This document shows positions 1 through 8,326 of a stretch of DNA of 43,848 nucleotides, one piece after another. The notes beneath the pieces were generated by a model that made no database searches, was not told the origin of the DNA, and saw only the letters and a program-made list of their open reading frames with translations. This DNA is from a virus (lineage: Duplodnaviria; Caudoviricetes): positions 1 to 43,848 of the IMG/VR virus record IMGVR_UViG_3300010361_000018. The stretch is one strand, 5' to 3'. How positions within the stretch are numbered: the stretch's first letter is position 1; each line of letters starts with the position of its first letter. The translations under genes were made by a program, and so were the position numbers.

Positions 1-123
1 ATGTAGGACTGCGCGCCTACTGGCTGACTTGAAGTACCGCCCCCGCCGCCGCCTCCGAACAACCCCCCCGGCATCTACATTGCCCTCATCCAGCCCTGAC
101 CGTCGCTCTTGAAGCCCAAACGA
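1..123. repeat. Terminal direct repeat (identical to 43726..43848); circular assembly overlap
   Basis: The first 123 nt are identical to the last 123 nt; the ORF starting at 43799 also starts at 74. Confidence 0.97.
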
Positions 124-629
124 CGGAAGAAGGCGCCTGCGCTCACTCCGGGGGCAGTGGCAACGAACGTCAGATCAACACCTCTATCTTTAATCTCTTT
201 CAAAAGCGTTTTCCATATCCGGTAACCTGCCCATCCCTCACGGCCCCAAGGCGCCACAAAATGAGCAATCACCCAAGCAACTTTCTTCCCTCTGAACATC
301 AGATGATGATCAATTTGCACGAAAAATGCTGCCGTAATCCTGTCATCAAGCCGGTAAACCAGAACCACTAGCCGACCGATCTCGTTTTGCCAAAGCGCTC
401 TCGGCCAATCAGGAGAAAAATCCGGATAAGGCTTTGACATTGCTTGGCGATAGGACTCAGCAAAAGACGGCCAACTAACATCGGCCAGAAGCTCTTCCAA
501 CTTTTCCCAATCTAGGTAAGATGGACTGGCTAGCTCCGGTCCGGCTTGATGAGGTCCGGCGAGGCTGGCTTCGGTAAGGTGCGGTCTGGTTGGCCCAGAC
601 GAGGTAAGGTATGGTTCGGTGAGGCTCAC
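75..629 (-). CDS. GNAT-family N-acetyltransferase, virion-operon associated
   Basis: GNAT-like motifs HFVAPWGREGWAGYRIWK and AGAFFRRLGF. Likely GTG start at 629 overlaps the endolysin stop (GTGA), with GGAGG 7 nt upstream. The Pro-rich N-terminus is the antisense translation of the 523-627 array. Confidence 0.75.
   Translation of the reverse strand: MSLTEPYLTSSGPTRPHLTEASLAGPHQAGPELASPSYLDWEKLEELLADVSWPSFAESYRQAMSKPYPDFSPDWPRALWQNEIGRLVVLVYRLDDRITAAFFVQIDHHLMFRGKKVAWVIAHFVAPWGREGWAGYRIWKTLLKEIKDRGVDLTFVATAPGVSAGAFFRRLGFKSDGQGWMRAM
495..522 (+). promoter_or_regulatory. Candidate sigma70 promoter for the orphan pentamer array
   Basis: TTCCAA (495-500), 16 nt, TAAGAT (517-522), directly before the array. 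The -35 is weak. Confidence 0.4.
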
Positions 630-640
630 CCCTGAGCCTC
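523..640 (+). ncRNA. Orphan G(G)Y-NN pentamer array (array C), putative guide RNA of the Cas7-like protein, with 3' hairpin
   Basis: 21 consecutive 5-mers all start with G and 15 start with GGY (ggact ggcta gctcc ggtcc ggctt gatga ... ggttc ggtga ggctc). Ends in a perfect 8-bp hairpin GAGGCTCA-cccc-TGAGCCTC (621-640). Confidence 0.85.
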
Positions 641-1426
641 CCATGCCTCCAGCGCAGCCCGCGTCGCCGGGCCAGCAATGCCGTCAAGCATGCCTGAATA
701 CAGCCCCAGCGCCTTCAGGTAGCCCTGAAGCGTCTTGATGGCATCAGCCATTTGTGCTTCTGTAGGCCGGATGGATCGGCCCTGGGTATCAGGTACTCCT
801 GCCGGGACTTGGGGAGCTTGAGAGACAGCAGGCTCCCCCACCTTCCATCCCCCGAAATCATCCACCAGACTCTCGTCCGTATCGACGGACATCCCTTTCA
901 GAACGATCTGCGTCGTCGATCCCTGCTGGATGTGATGCCCCTCAAACCCGGCAGTCCCACGCCAGCCACGCGACTGAGCAAGCCATCCGTGCTCCACAAG
1001 CGCACGCACAGCATTCAGCACCGCGCCCGAGCCATAGACACCCACATTGAACTTTGGCGGCTGCAGCACCGCACGAACCGCTTCAAAGTACGGCAGCACA
1101 CCATTGGTGACCTGCTCCTCAGTGGCATCAAAATCCACGGCAAAGTAGATCGTCGAACCGTCCGGCTGCCCAACCTGCCAAGCCTGTACCAGAGCCGCCT
1201 GCGCATGCATCTTACCGTGCGCGTCATCAAACGTGTCGGGATTGTCCCCCGTCGATTCCCACACGGTAACGATCTGGAGACCATTATCCGAGAGCGCCTT
1301 GGCCTCCCCCGGCGTCAGATCCTTCGCCGCCGATCCACCGTAGTACCGGCAGGCGAAACCAAGTCCGAGATCCGGTAACCTTGAGGCATAAGCCGTCAGG
1401 CTAAAGGCGCAATCGATCCCCTTCAT
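626..1426 (-). CDS. Endolysin: DUF1906 (GH25-like TIM barrel) plus C-terminal peptidoglycan-binding domain
   Basis: GFACRYY...KDLTPGEA...IYFAVDFD...GVYGSG...WLAQS, then LQGYLKALGLYSGMLDGIAGPATRAAL (PG_binding_1). Confidence 0.9.
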   Translation of the reverse strand: MKGIDCAFSLTAYASRLPDLGLGFACRYYGGSAAKDLTPGEAKALSDNGLQIVTVWESTGDNPDTFDDAHGKMHAQAALVQAWQVGQPDGSTIYFAVDFDATEEQVTNGVLPYFEAVRAVLQPPKFNVGVYGSGAVLNAVRALVEHGWLAQSRGWRGTAGFEGHHIQQGSTTQIVLKGMSVDTDESLVDDFGGWKVGEPAVSQAPQVPAGVPDTQGRSIRPTEAQMADAIKTLQGYLKALGLYSGMLDGIAGPATRAALEAWEAQG

Positions 1427-1434
1427 GTGCTTCT

Positions 1435-1668
1435 TTATGGCTCCATCCCAGGCGATACGTTGACCGTCAAACCGGCATCGCCCGACCCGATGGAATGCGC
1501 ACCAAGCGTGTATTGCTGGGTCGTCCCGTCGTCCATCGTGACCAGAATATGATCGCCAGTCCGCTTGCCAGCTTTCATGGCGTGCAGAATTGCGTCCGCC
1601 GCATGACTCATTGCCTTACGACCAACCGTATCGTTGTTCGGAAAAGTGATTGAAGAAATAACAGCCAT
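1435..1668 (-). CDS. Hypothetical protein (77 aa)
   Basis: AAGGAAGGAG-type RBS before ATG 1668; fills the operon gap. Confidence 0.65.
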   Translation of the reverse strand: MAVISSITFPNNDTVGRKAMSHAADAILHAMKAGKRTGDHILVTMDDGTTQQYTLGAHSIGSGDAGLTVNVSPGMEP

Positions 1669-1717
1669 AACCTGACTCTCCTTCCTTAAAGCCGCGAGAA
1701 GCCAGTCGCGGCACTGG

Positions 1718-2680
1718 TTAATTAGGTGCCCACACCTGAACTTTACCGAAAATCCCCGGCGTTGACCCGGCGCCCGCCGCCAAGGCAAGGCAATACTGAT
1801 TGGTATTTATATCGGTAAGTGTGATCCCAGAGGTCGAGCCGTCGCAGGTCGCCAGCGCCGTCCCGGTAGACGTGCACGTACTGTGAGCCACCAGGACATC
1901 ATTCAGATAGCGCTCAACCTTGTTCGTCCCGCTGTTAAAGGCTGACGGCACTTGCAGGAGACCAACAGTATCGCCTGGATTGGGGGACAAGAATGGAGTG
2001 CCATAGGAGTTGTTGAAATTAACCGTGCTCCCCGAACCAGACCAGTCGTGATAGGCAAAATCGAACCCGGTTCCGTTAAACCACTCCAAGATGTCCGGCT
2101 CAAAGACCAGCCAATTAGACCCCACGCCCCCGTTGAGCATCGTCGTCGGCACGCCCCAGGCAATGTTCCAAGTGCCAAACGGGCTATCGGTCGAGAACTG
2201 AATGAACTGCACATCAGCATAGAAGCCAGGCCCAAAAACGGTCCCCACAAGTCCCGTACCAGTCCCTATTTGGGCACAGGACATAAACATGACCGGCAAG
2301 CCATTGTAGTTGCCAATGGTCGAGCCATTTGGCGACATACTCACCTGCCCCGGCGTCGAGAAAGACCAGTCACCGCTCGGAGTAGGCTGGATCAGTCCAA
2401 AGGCCCATCCGCCAGCGTTAACCGTCCCCGGTGGGGTCTGCGTATCGCCGTTATGTGTGTACCAATTGAACCCAGGGTTCCGCGTATCACTGCCATCAAT
2501 GACCGAGGATGAAGGCCACGTTTCATAGATGACCAGACAGTTGAATCCCGCAGCAGCCGCCGGGGCTGGCTGGGTAACGCCTTGAATGCAGCGACCGTTA
2601 GACGGCGGATTAAGAACCGTCATCCCTGACGCAACGGGTATCGCCAACAGCAGGCATATCGCAATCAACAGCCGAATCAT
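1718..2680 (-). CDS. Signal-peptide-bearing beta-rich protein, lectin/GH16-like fold candidate
   Basis: N-terminal hydrophobic signal; EPDILE resembles the GH16 ExDxxE motif; G/S/T/W-rich. Confidence 0.55.
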   Translation of the reverse strand: MIRLLIAICLLLAIPVASGMTVLNPPSNGRCIQGVTQPAPAAAAGFNCLVIYETWPSSSVIDGSDTRNPGFNWYTHNGDTQTPPGTVNAGGWAFGLIQPTPSGDWSFSTPGQVSMSPNGSTIGNYNGLPVMFMSCAQIGTGTGLVGTVFGPGFYADVQFIQFSTDSPFGTWNIAWGVPTTMLNGGVGSNWLVFEPDILEWFNGTGFDFAYHDWSGSGSTVNFNNSYGTPFLSPNPGDTVGLLQVPSAFNSGTNKVERYLNDVLVAHSTCTSTGTALATCDGSTSGITLTDINTNQYCLALAAGAGSTPGIFGKVQVWAPN

Positions 2681-3408
2681 TTAAACGTCGCAATCACTGC
2701 GCTGCCATTGGTAGAACCCCCGGTGGTTCCTGCCCAAGCTGGATTTTCTGCCCCGGCGGTGGTTTGAATTTTATACGCCATCGCACCGCCGATCCCGCCC
2801 GATGTATTGAAGGCGAAGGCATCGGTCACGATAAAACTCGAGCCAACCGTAGGCGTTCCAGAACTGCTTTGCGGCGGTGAATAGCCTGTCACTAACAACT
2901 CATTGTTGACCCCTGGCGTAACCGATCCCGGCGTGGCTGAATTGCCCGTCTCGCTATTCTGATCCACCGTGCTCGGCGCTGAGCCATCGCTAAAACACGC
3001 GCCCTCGATCGCGCCGAAGGCGATCGCATTCGCGGTCCAATGAAAGCTCGTCGTGCCCGTCACGTTGGTCCACCAGATCGCGACTGAGTTATGGCTGCTA
3101 TCGCCGACCTGGGTTCCAATCTGCACATAGGTTGAACCAGACGTATCGCTCGGCTGCGGATTGACGGCAGGACTAGTGAAGGTATTAATGATCACCACCG
3201 CCATCGTCGCACCAGTACAATTGACCGGCGTCGAGATCGTGCTGACGCTGGCGCTGCCAGCATGGGCAACAAGAGCAAACGGCCCGGCAGGCGAGCCGCC
3301 GCTGCTGTGCGCCGTTCCGGGACCGGGCCATGGAAGCCCTACCTGCGCATAGGCAATGCCAGCGCAAAACAGCAGCGCAAGCGCTGCATGAACGGCCCGG
3401 ATTATCAT
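2677..3408 (-). CDS. Signal-peptide-bearing tail-fibre-associated beta-sandwich protein
   Basis: Signal peptide ending AYA; G/S/T-rich; SVTPGVNNELLVTG motif typical of fibre-tip modules; overlapping start/stop with neighbours. Confidence 0.6.
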   Translation of the reverse strand: MIIRAVHAALALLFCAGIAYAQVGLPWPGPGTAHSSGGSPAGPFALVAHAGSASVSTISTPVNCTGATMAVVIINTFTSPAVNPQPSDTSGSTYVQIGTQVGDSSHNSVAIWWTNVTGTTSFHWTANAIAFGAIEGACFSDGSAPSTVDQNSETGNSATPGSVTPGVNNELLVTGYSPPQSSSGTPTVGSSFIVTDAFAFNTSGGIGGAMAYKIQTTAGAENPAWAGTTGGSTNGSAVIATFK

Positions 3409-4460
3409 CGCACCACGCGCCAGTTCAGCGTGATAGCGCCAGGAGTAATCGACGACGTGGTGTTGTTGCAGACCTTAAAATTAACGTTGTTCGCAGTCGG
3501 GTAAGAGATGATCGTCAGCATCCCCGCCGTGGCTGGGATGTATCCGGTAACCGCCGTCGGATCACCGTTAAAGGACGCCGTGACCACATCCGTAGTCGCC
3601 GTACCCGTCGCTGTTGTGGTAACCACCGTGGCGCAAGTTGCCGACGAGATCGCGCCGGTTCCAAGCGCCGACGTGCCTGCGGCGATGGTCTGGGTAGAGC
3701 CGGCACTCGTTGCGCCACCCAACGCCTGACAGTCCATCGTCGTGCTGGTCGAGTTTCTAATCACGCAGGGCGCCGTCGCACCGACCACGGTCGTCGTGCC
3801 AGGGGTTATCGAGGTTGCTGACCCGCCCGATGCGGTGATCACGCCCGCAGAGGCCGTAATTGTCGTGCCATCAGGCTTGCAAAGGCCAAAAGTAGACGCG
3901 CTACACTGCGGCGCAGCAGGCGCCGCATCCGATCGCATGAAGGTTCCGGCAGAGCCGTTCACTGCGCTGGTCCCAATAGTCGCGGTCGGGTTGCCAGGGC
4001 TCCCGCTACCGGCGGCATTAGTAAAACCGATCTGCAAATTCACCGCTGCCGTCCCGCTGGCAACGGTCGCCAAGGCCACGCCGAGCACCTGATTGGTCGT
4101 TGGCCTAGTCGCGGTCCCGTCAGCACAGTCCCCCGCAGTTACCGAGGAGTTGATAACAAAGTGGCCTGCCGTTACACCGCTCGCATCAAACGTACAGTTG
4201 GCAATGCCCAGCACAGCGATCTTGGCGTTTCCGGTTGTCGCCGTGGCGTCCTGAGCCACAACAATACCGAGAATATGATCCGTATCCGACGTTCCCGTAA
4301 TGATCGCAGTCGAAGGTGCGCCAGTGGATTTGGCTAGCTTGCCAACCGTCGTTCCGGTCGTACCCTCATTAGCTAAACTGATCGCCTCCTGGGCAGAGGC
4401 GTGCGCCGATCCTGCCAACACCCCTAGCAAGAACAACAACAGCGCGAGATGCTTCTTCAT
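3405..4460 (-). CDS. Tail fibre-like protein with signal peptide
   Basis: MKKHLALLLFLLGVLAGSAHA; fibre motifs such as AVNGSAGTFMRSDAAP; T/A/G-rich. Confidence 0.65.
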   Translation of the reverse strand: MKKHLALLLFLLGVLAGSAHASAQEAISLANEGTTGTTVGKLAKSTGAPSTAIITGTSDTDHILGIVVAQDATATTGNAKIAVLGIANCTFDASGVTAGHFVINSSVTAGDCADGTATRPTTNQVLGVALATVASGTAAVNLQIGFTNAAGSGSPGNPTATIGTSAVNGSAGTFMRSDAAPAAPQCSASTFGLCKPDGTTITASAGVITASGGSATSITPGTTTVVGATAPCVIRNSTSTTMDCQALGGATSAGSTQTIAAGTSALGTGAISSATCATVVTTTATGTATTDVVTASFNGDPTAVTGYIPATAGMLTIISYPTANNVNFKVCNNTTSSITPGAITLNWRVVR

Positions 4461-4471
4461 GTCGGGTCCCA

Positions 4472-4633
4472 TCAATTAAGGACGATCAGCACGTTGTTAA
4501 GGATCGTGAGATTAGGCTGTGCTGTAACTACAGGCGGGGCAGAGGGCGCAGGCTGAAGCGGAAGATAAATCTGACCCACCTGAGCGCTGGCCGCGATCGG
4601 CAGCATCACAAGCGCTGCTATCAGCCACCTCAT
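4472..4633 (-). CDS. Small signal-peptide protein (53 aa)
   Basis: MRWLIAALVMLPIAASA-Q; ATGA overlap with the upstream gene. Confidence 0.6.
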   Translation of the reverse strand: MRWLIAALVMLPIAASAQVGQIYLPLQPAPSAPPVVTAQPNLTILNNVLIVLN

Positions 4634-5835
4634 GCCCCATCCCCCGTAAGATACGCCGTCGCCGTCGAGGAGACCGTCGTCAGAATCAGCCCTATCGCCG
4701 CCCCCTGCGTGCCGTTCGTGCCTGTATAGGAATGCGCGCTGATCAGGCTTGCTGGGCTTACCGCGCTGCCATTGACGCTGACCTTGGCCGTCCCGCCCTG
4801 AACCACCGTCACATTGCAGGTCGTTCCAGCCGCCGGAGCAATAGCCGCCGGAATCGTCAGCGTGACCGCCGTCGAGCCGTTCGCGACCAGGATCGTCTTG
4901 CCGCAATCGGCTGCCACCAGTGTATAAGCCGAGGTGGTTACCGAGGTGTTCGAGCCACCCTTGACCGCGGCAAAGGTCTGTGCCGCTGTGAAGGTGCCGG
5001 CCGTCGCGTACTCGGCCACGACCGTCGTATCGACGTTGATCGGCGCTGTGCCACTCGAGCCATTCGTCGTCAGCAGCCCCGCCCCCAAGCTAGCTGAGGT
5101 CGTCGAGGTCTGAGTGTGCGTCCCGTCCGTAACCTGAATGATGCCCGAGCTTGTCGCCGTGCCGCAGTCAGCGCCCGTCGTCGAGACCACACCGCTCGAG
5201 TTCATGTGCAGGCATGCCGTAGACCCAGGCGCAGCCGGCAACGTCGTATTGGCATTCAAAGTAAGCGTGTTGCTATTGGCTATCCCGGTACCACCGTTAG
5301 CCGCCGGCAGAATCCCAGTCACCCCCGTTGTCAGCGGCAAACCAGTCAGGTTCGTCGCCGTACCGGATGATGGCGTCCCAAGCGCGCCGTTCAATAGGAC
5401 AACAGCTCCCGCGGATCCGGTATTGACCGCAAGCGCCGTAGCAACGCCCGTCCCCAATCCACTGACGCCAGTCGAGATCGGCAGACCTGTGCCGTTAGTC
5501 AGGACAACCGCCGAAGGCGTGCCCAGCGCTGGCGTAACCAAGGTCGGAGACGTCGCCAGAACGGCATTGCCCGTGCCCGTGGTCGAGAGCGGCCCTACCG
5601 TGACCGAGGAAGCGCCCTGATACTGCGCGATCTGCGGGTTGTTGCCAACGTTGATCGTACCAGTTGCCGTACCCGTCCCGCAGACCAGTGCCTGCCCATA
5701 GGCTGGATACTGAGTAACTGAACTACCCCCGACCGTGCATGTCGTCGGAAGCGGCCCCGGAGGATTGACCGGACCGCCGGCAAAGGCGGTGCCGATGCCG
5801 AACACTGCGGCCAGGACTATGAGAAACCGGCGCAT
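4630..5835 (-). CDS. Tail fibre protein with signal peptide
   Basis: Repeats SPTLVTPALGTPS, LTNGTGLPISTGVSG and GVTGILPAANGGTG typical of phage fibres; C-terminal SAYTLVAADCGKTI domain. Confidence 0.8.
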   Translation of the reverse strand: MRRFLIVLAAVFGIGTAFAGGPVNPPGPLPTTCTVGGSSVTQYPAYGQALVCGTGTATGTINVGNNPQIAQYQGASSVTVGPLSTTGTGNAVLATSPTLVTPALGTPSAVVLTNGTGLPISTGVSGLGTGVATALAVNTGSAGAVVLLNGALGTPSSGTATNLTGLPLTTGVTGILPAANGGTGIANSNTLTLNANTTLPAAPGSTACLHMNSSGVVSTTGADCGTATSSGIIQVTDGTHTQTSTTSASLGAGLLTTNGSSGTAPINVDTTVVAEYATAGTFTAAQTFAAVKGGSNTSVTTSAYTLVAADCGKTILVANGSTAVTLTIPAAIAPAAGTTCNVTVVQGGTAKVSVNGSAVSPASLISAHSYTGTNGTQGAAIGLILTTVSSTATAYLTGDGA

Positions 5836-5837
5836 CG

Positions 5838-6173
5838 CTACCAGAGGATCGTAACGGCAGTCGATGTGCCGCTGGAGATGCAGTTGATCGCATCCGAGGG
5901 GATCAGCCCGTTATCCCAGACAAAGCCAGCCAACGGAGGCAGCGTCTGTGAGCCAGCCCCATTAACCACCGCAGTCCCACCAAAGTTGCAGGCAACCGTG
6001 TCCGCAGTGCTATCGTTCAAGATCGCCAGATACTGACGCTGGTTAGCCGTCAGCTTCGTCGCCGAAGTGCCGGTCACCGTAACGGCGACCTTGTTGACCG
6101 GGCGACTGGTCGTCTGCGCAAAGGCGGGGGCAGCCAATGCGATCAGGCACAGTGCCCCATATAATGTCCGCAT
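5838..6173 (-). CDS. Small beta-sandwich virion-associated protein with signal peptide
   Basis: Signal ending AFA; RQYLAILND motif seen in phage spike-base-like proteins. Confidence 0.6.
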   Translation of the reverse strand: MRTLYGALCLIALAAPAFAQTTSRPVNKVAVTVTGTSATKLTANQRQYLAILNDSTADTVACNFGGTAVVNGAGSQTLPPLAGFVWDNGLIPSDAINCISSGTSTAVTILW

Positions 6174-6196
6174 CCCCCATCCCCCACAGAATACCC

Positions 6197-6439
6197 CTAG
6201 TACATCTTCTTGCGCTTCAGCATGCCCTTGTCGCGCTTCGACTGACCGCTCTCCGACAACCCGATCGCGATCGCCTGCTTCGGGCTCTTGACCTTTTTGC
6301 CAGAACCGCCCGAGCGTAGCTTCCCCATCTTGAACTCATCCATGACCTTCGACATTTTCGCCCGCTTGCCGGCCATGGACTTTGGCTTCATGCGCATCTT
6401 CTTCCCCCCGGAAATCGCCTGATACGCTCCGCTATTCAT
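6197..6439 (-). CDS. DUF6496-like basic protein
   Basis: KVMDEFKMGKLRSGGSGKKVKSPKQAIAIGLSE matches the family motif. Confidence 0.75.
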   Translation of the reverse strand: MNSGAYQAISGGKKMRMKPKSMAGKRAKMSKVMDEFKMGKLRSGGSGKKVKSPKQAIAIGLSESGQSKRDKGMLKRKKMY

Positions 6440-6440
6440 A

Positions 6441-6674
6441 TCACTTGACCTCCGATGTTTCCATCGGCTTGACCCAGTGATCCAAGACCCACTTCAGCCG
6501 GCTCTCAACCTCCGCTCTCTGCGCCGCAGCCTCGTCCATCATCATCTGAACCGAGAGCCCAAGCTGGCTATACGCCGTCGCCAGCGATCGCTGCGCCGTC
6601 GTCCCCTGCGGCTCCTCAGCCATCGCCGAGACCGCCAACATCGCAAACGTTATCGTCAACAACAGCCTGATCAC
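6441..6674 (-). CDS. Small helical protein with signal peptide
   Basis: Signal ending AMA; coiled-coil C-terminus; overlaps the fibre stop. Confidence 0.6.
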   Translation of the reverse strand: MIRLLLTITFAMLAVSAMAEEPQGTTAQRSLATAYSQLGLSVQMMMDEAAAQRAEVESRLKWVLDHWVKPMETSEVK

Positions 6675-8326
6675 TTTGCCTCCAAAGTCTTAACCCGCGC
6701 GTTCAACTCCTGAACGGCCTTAACCAACGGCGCGATCAATCCGTCATAACTCAATTCCAGCGTATCATTCTGGCTTGACACCAACTCCGGGAATACCCGC
6801 TCCACATCCTGGGCCACAAAGCCCAACTCTTTCACGCCGGGCCGCGCCTTCATCTCAAAAGCCACAGGCTTCAGGCGATCAATAGCCGCGGTCATCGATG
6901 GCAATGCCGCGATATCCCGCTTCAGCCGGCGATCCGAGGAGCAAGAGAATGTAGATCCCCCGGCGTAGGTGCATTGCCCACCGCCCGCCTGCAGGAACAC
7001 ATCCGCCGTCTGGATCGCCCCGTTATTGCCGACCTGAACAATGTGGTCCGAGTACATCTGAAGCTGAGAATTGCCCCCTCCGGTAGAAGTCGCCGTAACC
7101 ACCACGAAACCGGGAGTGCCTGCCGTCCCCACGGCAAACGCCTGCAGCGTGTTCCCCGTCGTCTGCTCAATCGCGCAGCAGTTCGCCGAGGGATTGCTGC
7201 TGAACTGGTAGCCGTTAAGCCCGCTACCAGTCGTCGAGCTGACATATCCAGTCAGCTGAGTAAGACCCGCATTGGTTATCGTGGCAAAGTTCGTGCTCCC
7301 CGCCGCGTTTCTAAACACATGCGTCGTGTTACTATTATAGTTAGTTGGATCACCGCTATTTCCCAAAACCAAAGCAGCATACGCTCCAGCACCATTATAT
7401 ACACTTCCATACGTACTCCCTCCAGTAAGTATATTAGAACCCCCTTGCTGGTACGCACCCGTAATATTAAAATTCCCACTCGGAAACAACTGACCTAGCA
7501 CACTTCCACTATTGCTTTGTACTTCAAAACCATTAGATCCACTAGGCAATTTGTTGACAATCGTACTTCCATCGGCATAGATACACGGACCCCCCGTGCT
7601 GTTGACCGTACAGTTCGATCCTGAAGCGTTCAGATAAATGTAATTCCCCCCCACCACGAAAGTGCCAGAAACCTTAACGTTACCGCTACCCGCCATGATG
7701 TCAGCCGTATACGAACCAGACTGATGATCAAGCAACGTCCATGACCCATCACTGCCAGGATTTAGAGCAAACCCTGGTTGCGAAGAGCTAAATGGCGCCG
7801 CAATGGCAGTCGTATTTGAGCCAGTCAGAACAACCTGAAGCGTCGGGACCGTTCCAGAAACTGCGGAGGTATCTCCAATTAACAATCGTTTGTTGGTATT
7901 ATCATAAAACAGATTTGAATTATCCTGAGTGAGGTTGGTTGAACCTTGAAACGGAATAGAACCAGTCGTTAGACCAAGCGCCAAGTTGGTAATACTAACT
8001 GACGTTACCGTCAAAACGTGCGTGCTGCCATTGTAGCTAAAATTGGCATTATCCTGTCCCAAGGCAGAAGAGCCAGCAGCAAAGATGACGGAACCTCCCG
8101 TAAGAGAGGTGATCCCTGTACCACCCCTGCCAACCGGCAGCGTGCCCGTGGTGATCTGCCCCGCATCAATGTTATTGATACACGTCACCAAAGCCGCAAA
8201 GTTGGAATTAACCTGAGATGACTGGATCGTGGTATTCGGCACAAACGTATTCGGCACCGAGGAACAAGTAGCGTGGGCTGCACCACACCACAGAAACGGC
8301 AGCAGCCATAACAGCTTCCTCATCAC
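6671..8326 (-). CDS. Tail fibre with C-terminal peptidase S74 intramolecular chaperone
   Basis: N-terminal anchor TFVPNTTIQSSQVNSNF; GTLPVGRGGTG; C-terminal SSDRRLKRDI...ELGFVAQDVERVFPELV...LIAPLVKAVQEL. Confidence 0.9.
   Translation of the reverse strand: MMRKLLWLLPFLWCGAAHATCSSVPNTFVPNTTIQSSQVNSNFAALVTCINNIDAGQITTGTLPVGRGGTGITSLTGGSVIFAAGSSALGQDNANFSYNGSTHVLTVTSVSITNLALGLTTGSIPFQGSTNLTQDNSNLFYDNTNKRLLIGDTSAVSGTVPTLQVVLTGSNTTAIAAPFSSSQPGFALNPGSDGSWTLLDHQSGSYTADIMAGSGNVKVSGTFVVGGNYIYLNASGSNCTVNSTGGPCIYADGSTIVNKLPSGSNGFEVQSNSGSVLGQLFPSGNFNITGAYQQGGSNILTGGSTYGSVYNGAGAYAALVLGNSGDPTNYNSNTTHVFRNAAGSTNFATITNAGLTQLTGYVSSTTGSGLNGYQFSSNPSANCCAIEQTTGNTLQAFAVGTAGTPGFVVVTATSTGGGNSQLQMYSDHIVQVGNNGAIQTADVFLQAGGGQCTYAGGSTFSCSSDRRLKRDIAALPSMTAAIDRLKPVAFEMKARPGVKELGFVAQDVERVFPELVSSQNDTLELSYDGLIAPLVKAVQELNARVKTLEAK

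Noticed and set aside
1-123. Biological terminal repeat (T7-like)
   Set aside because: It falls inside coding sequence at the GNAT/pilot junction, as expected for an assembler's circular overlap.
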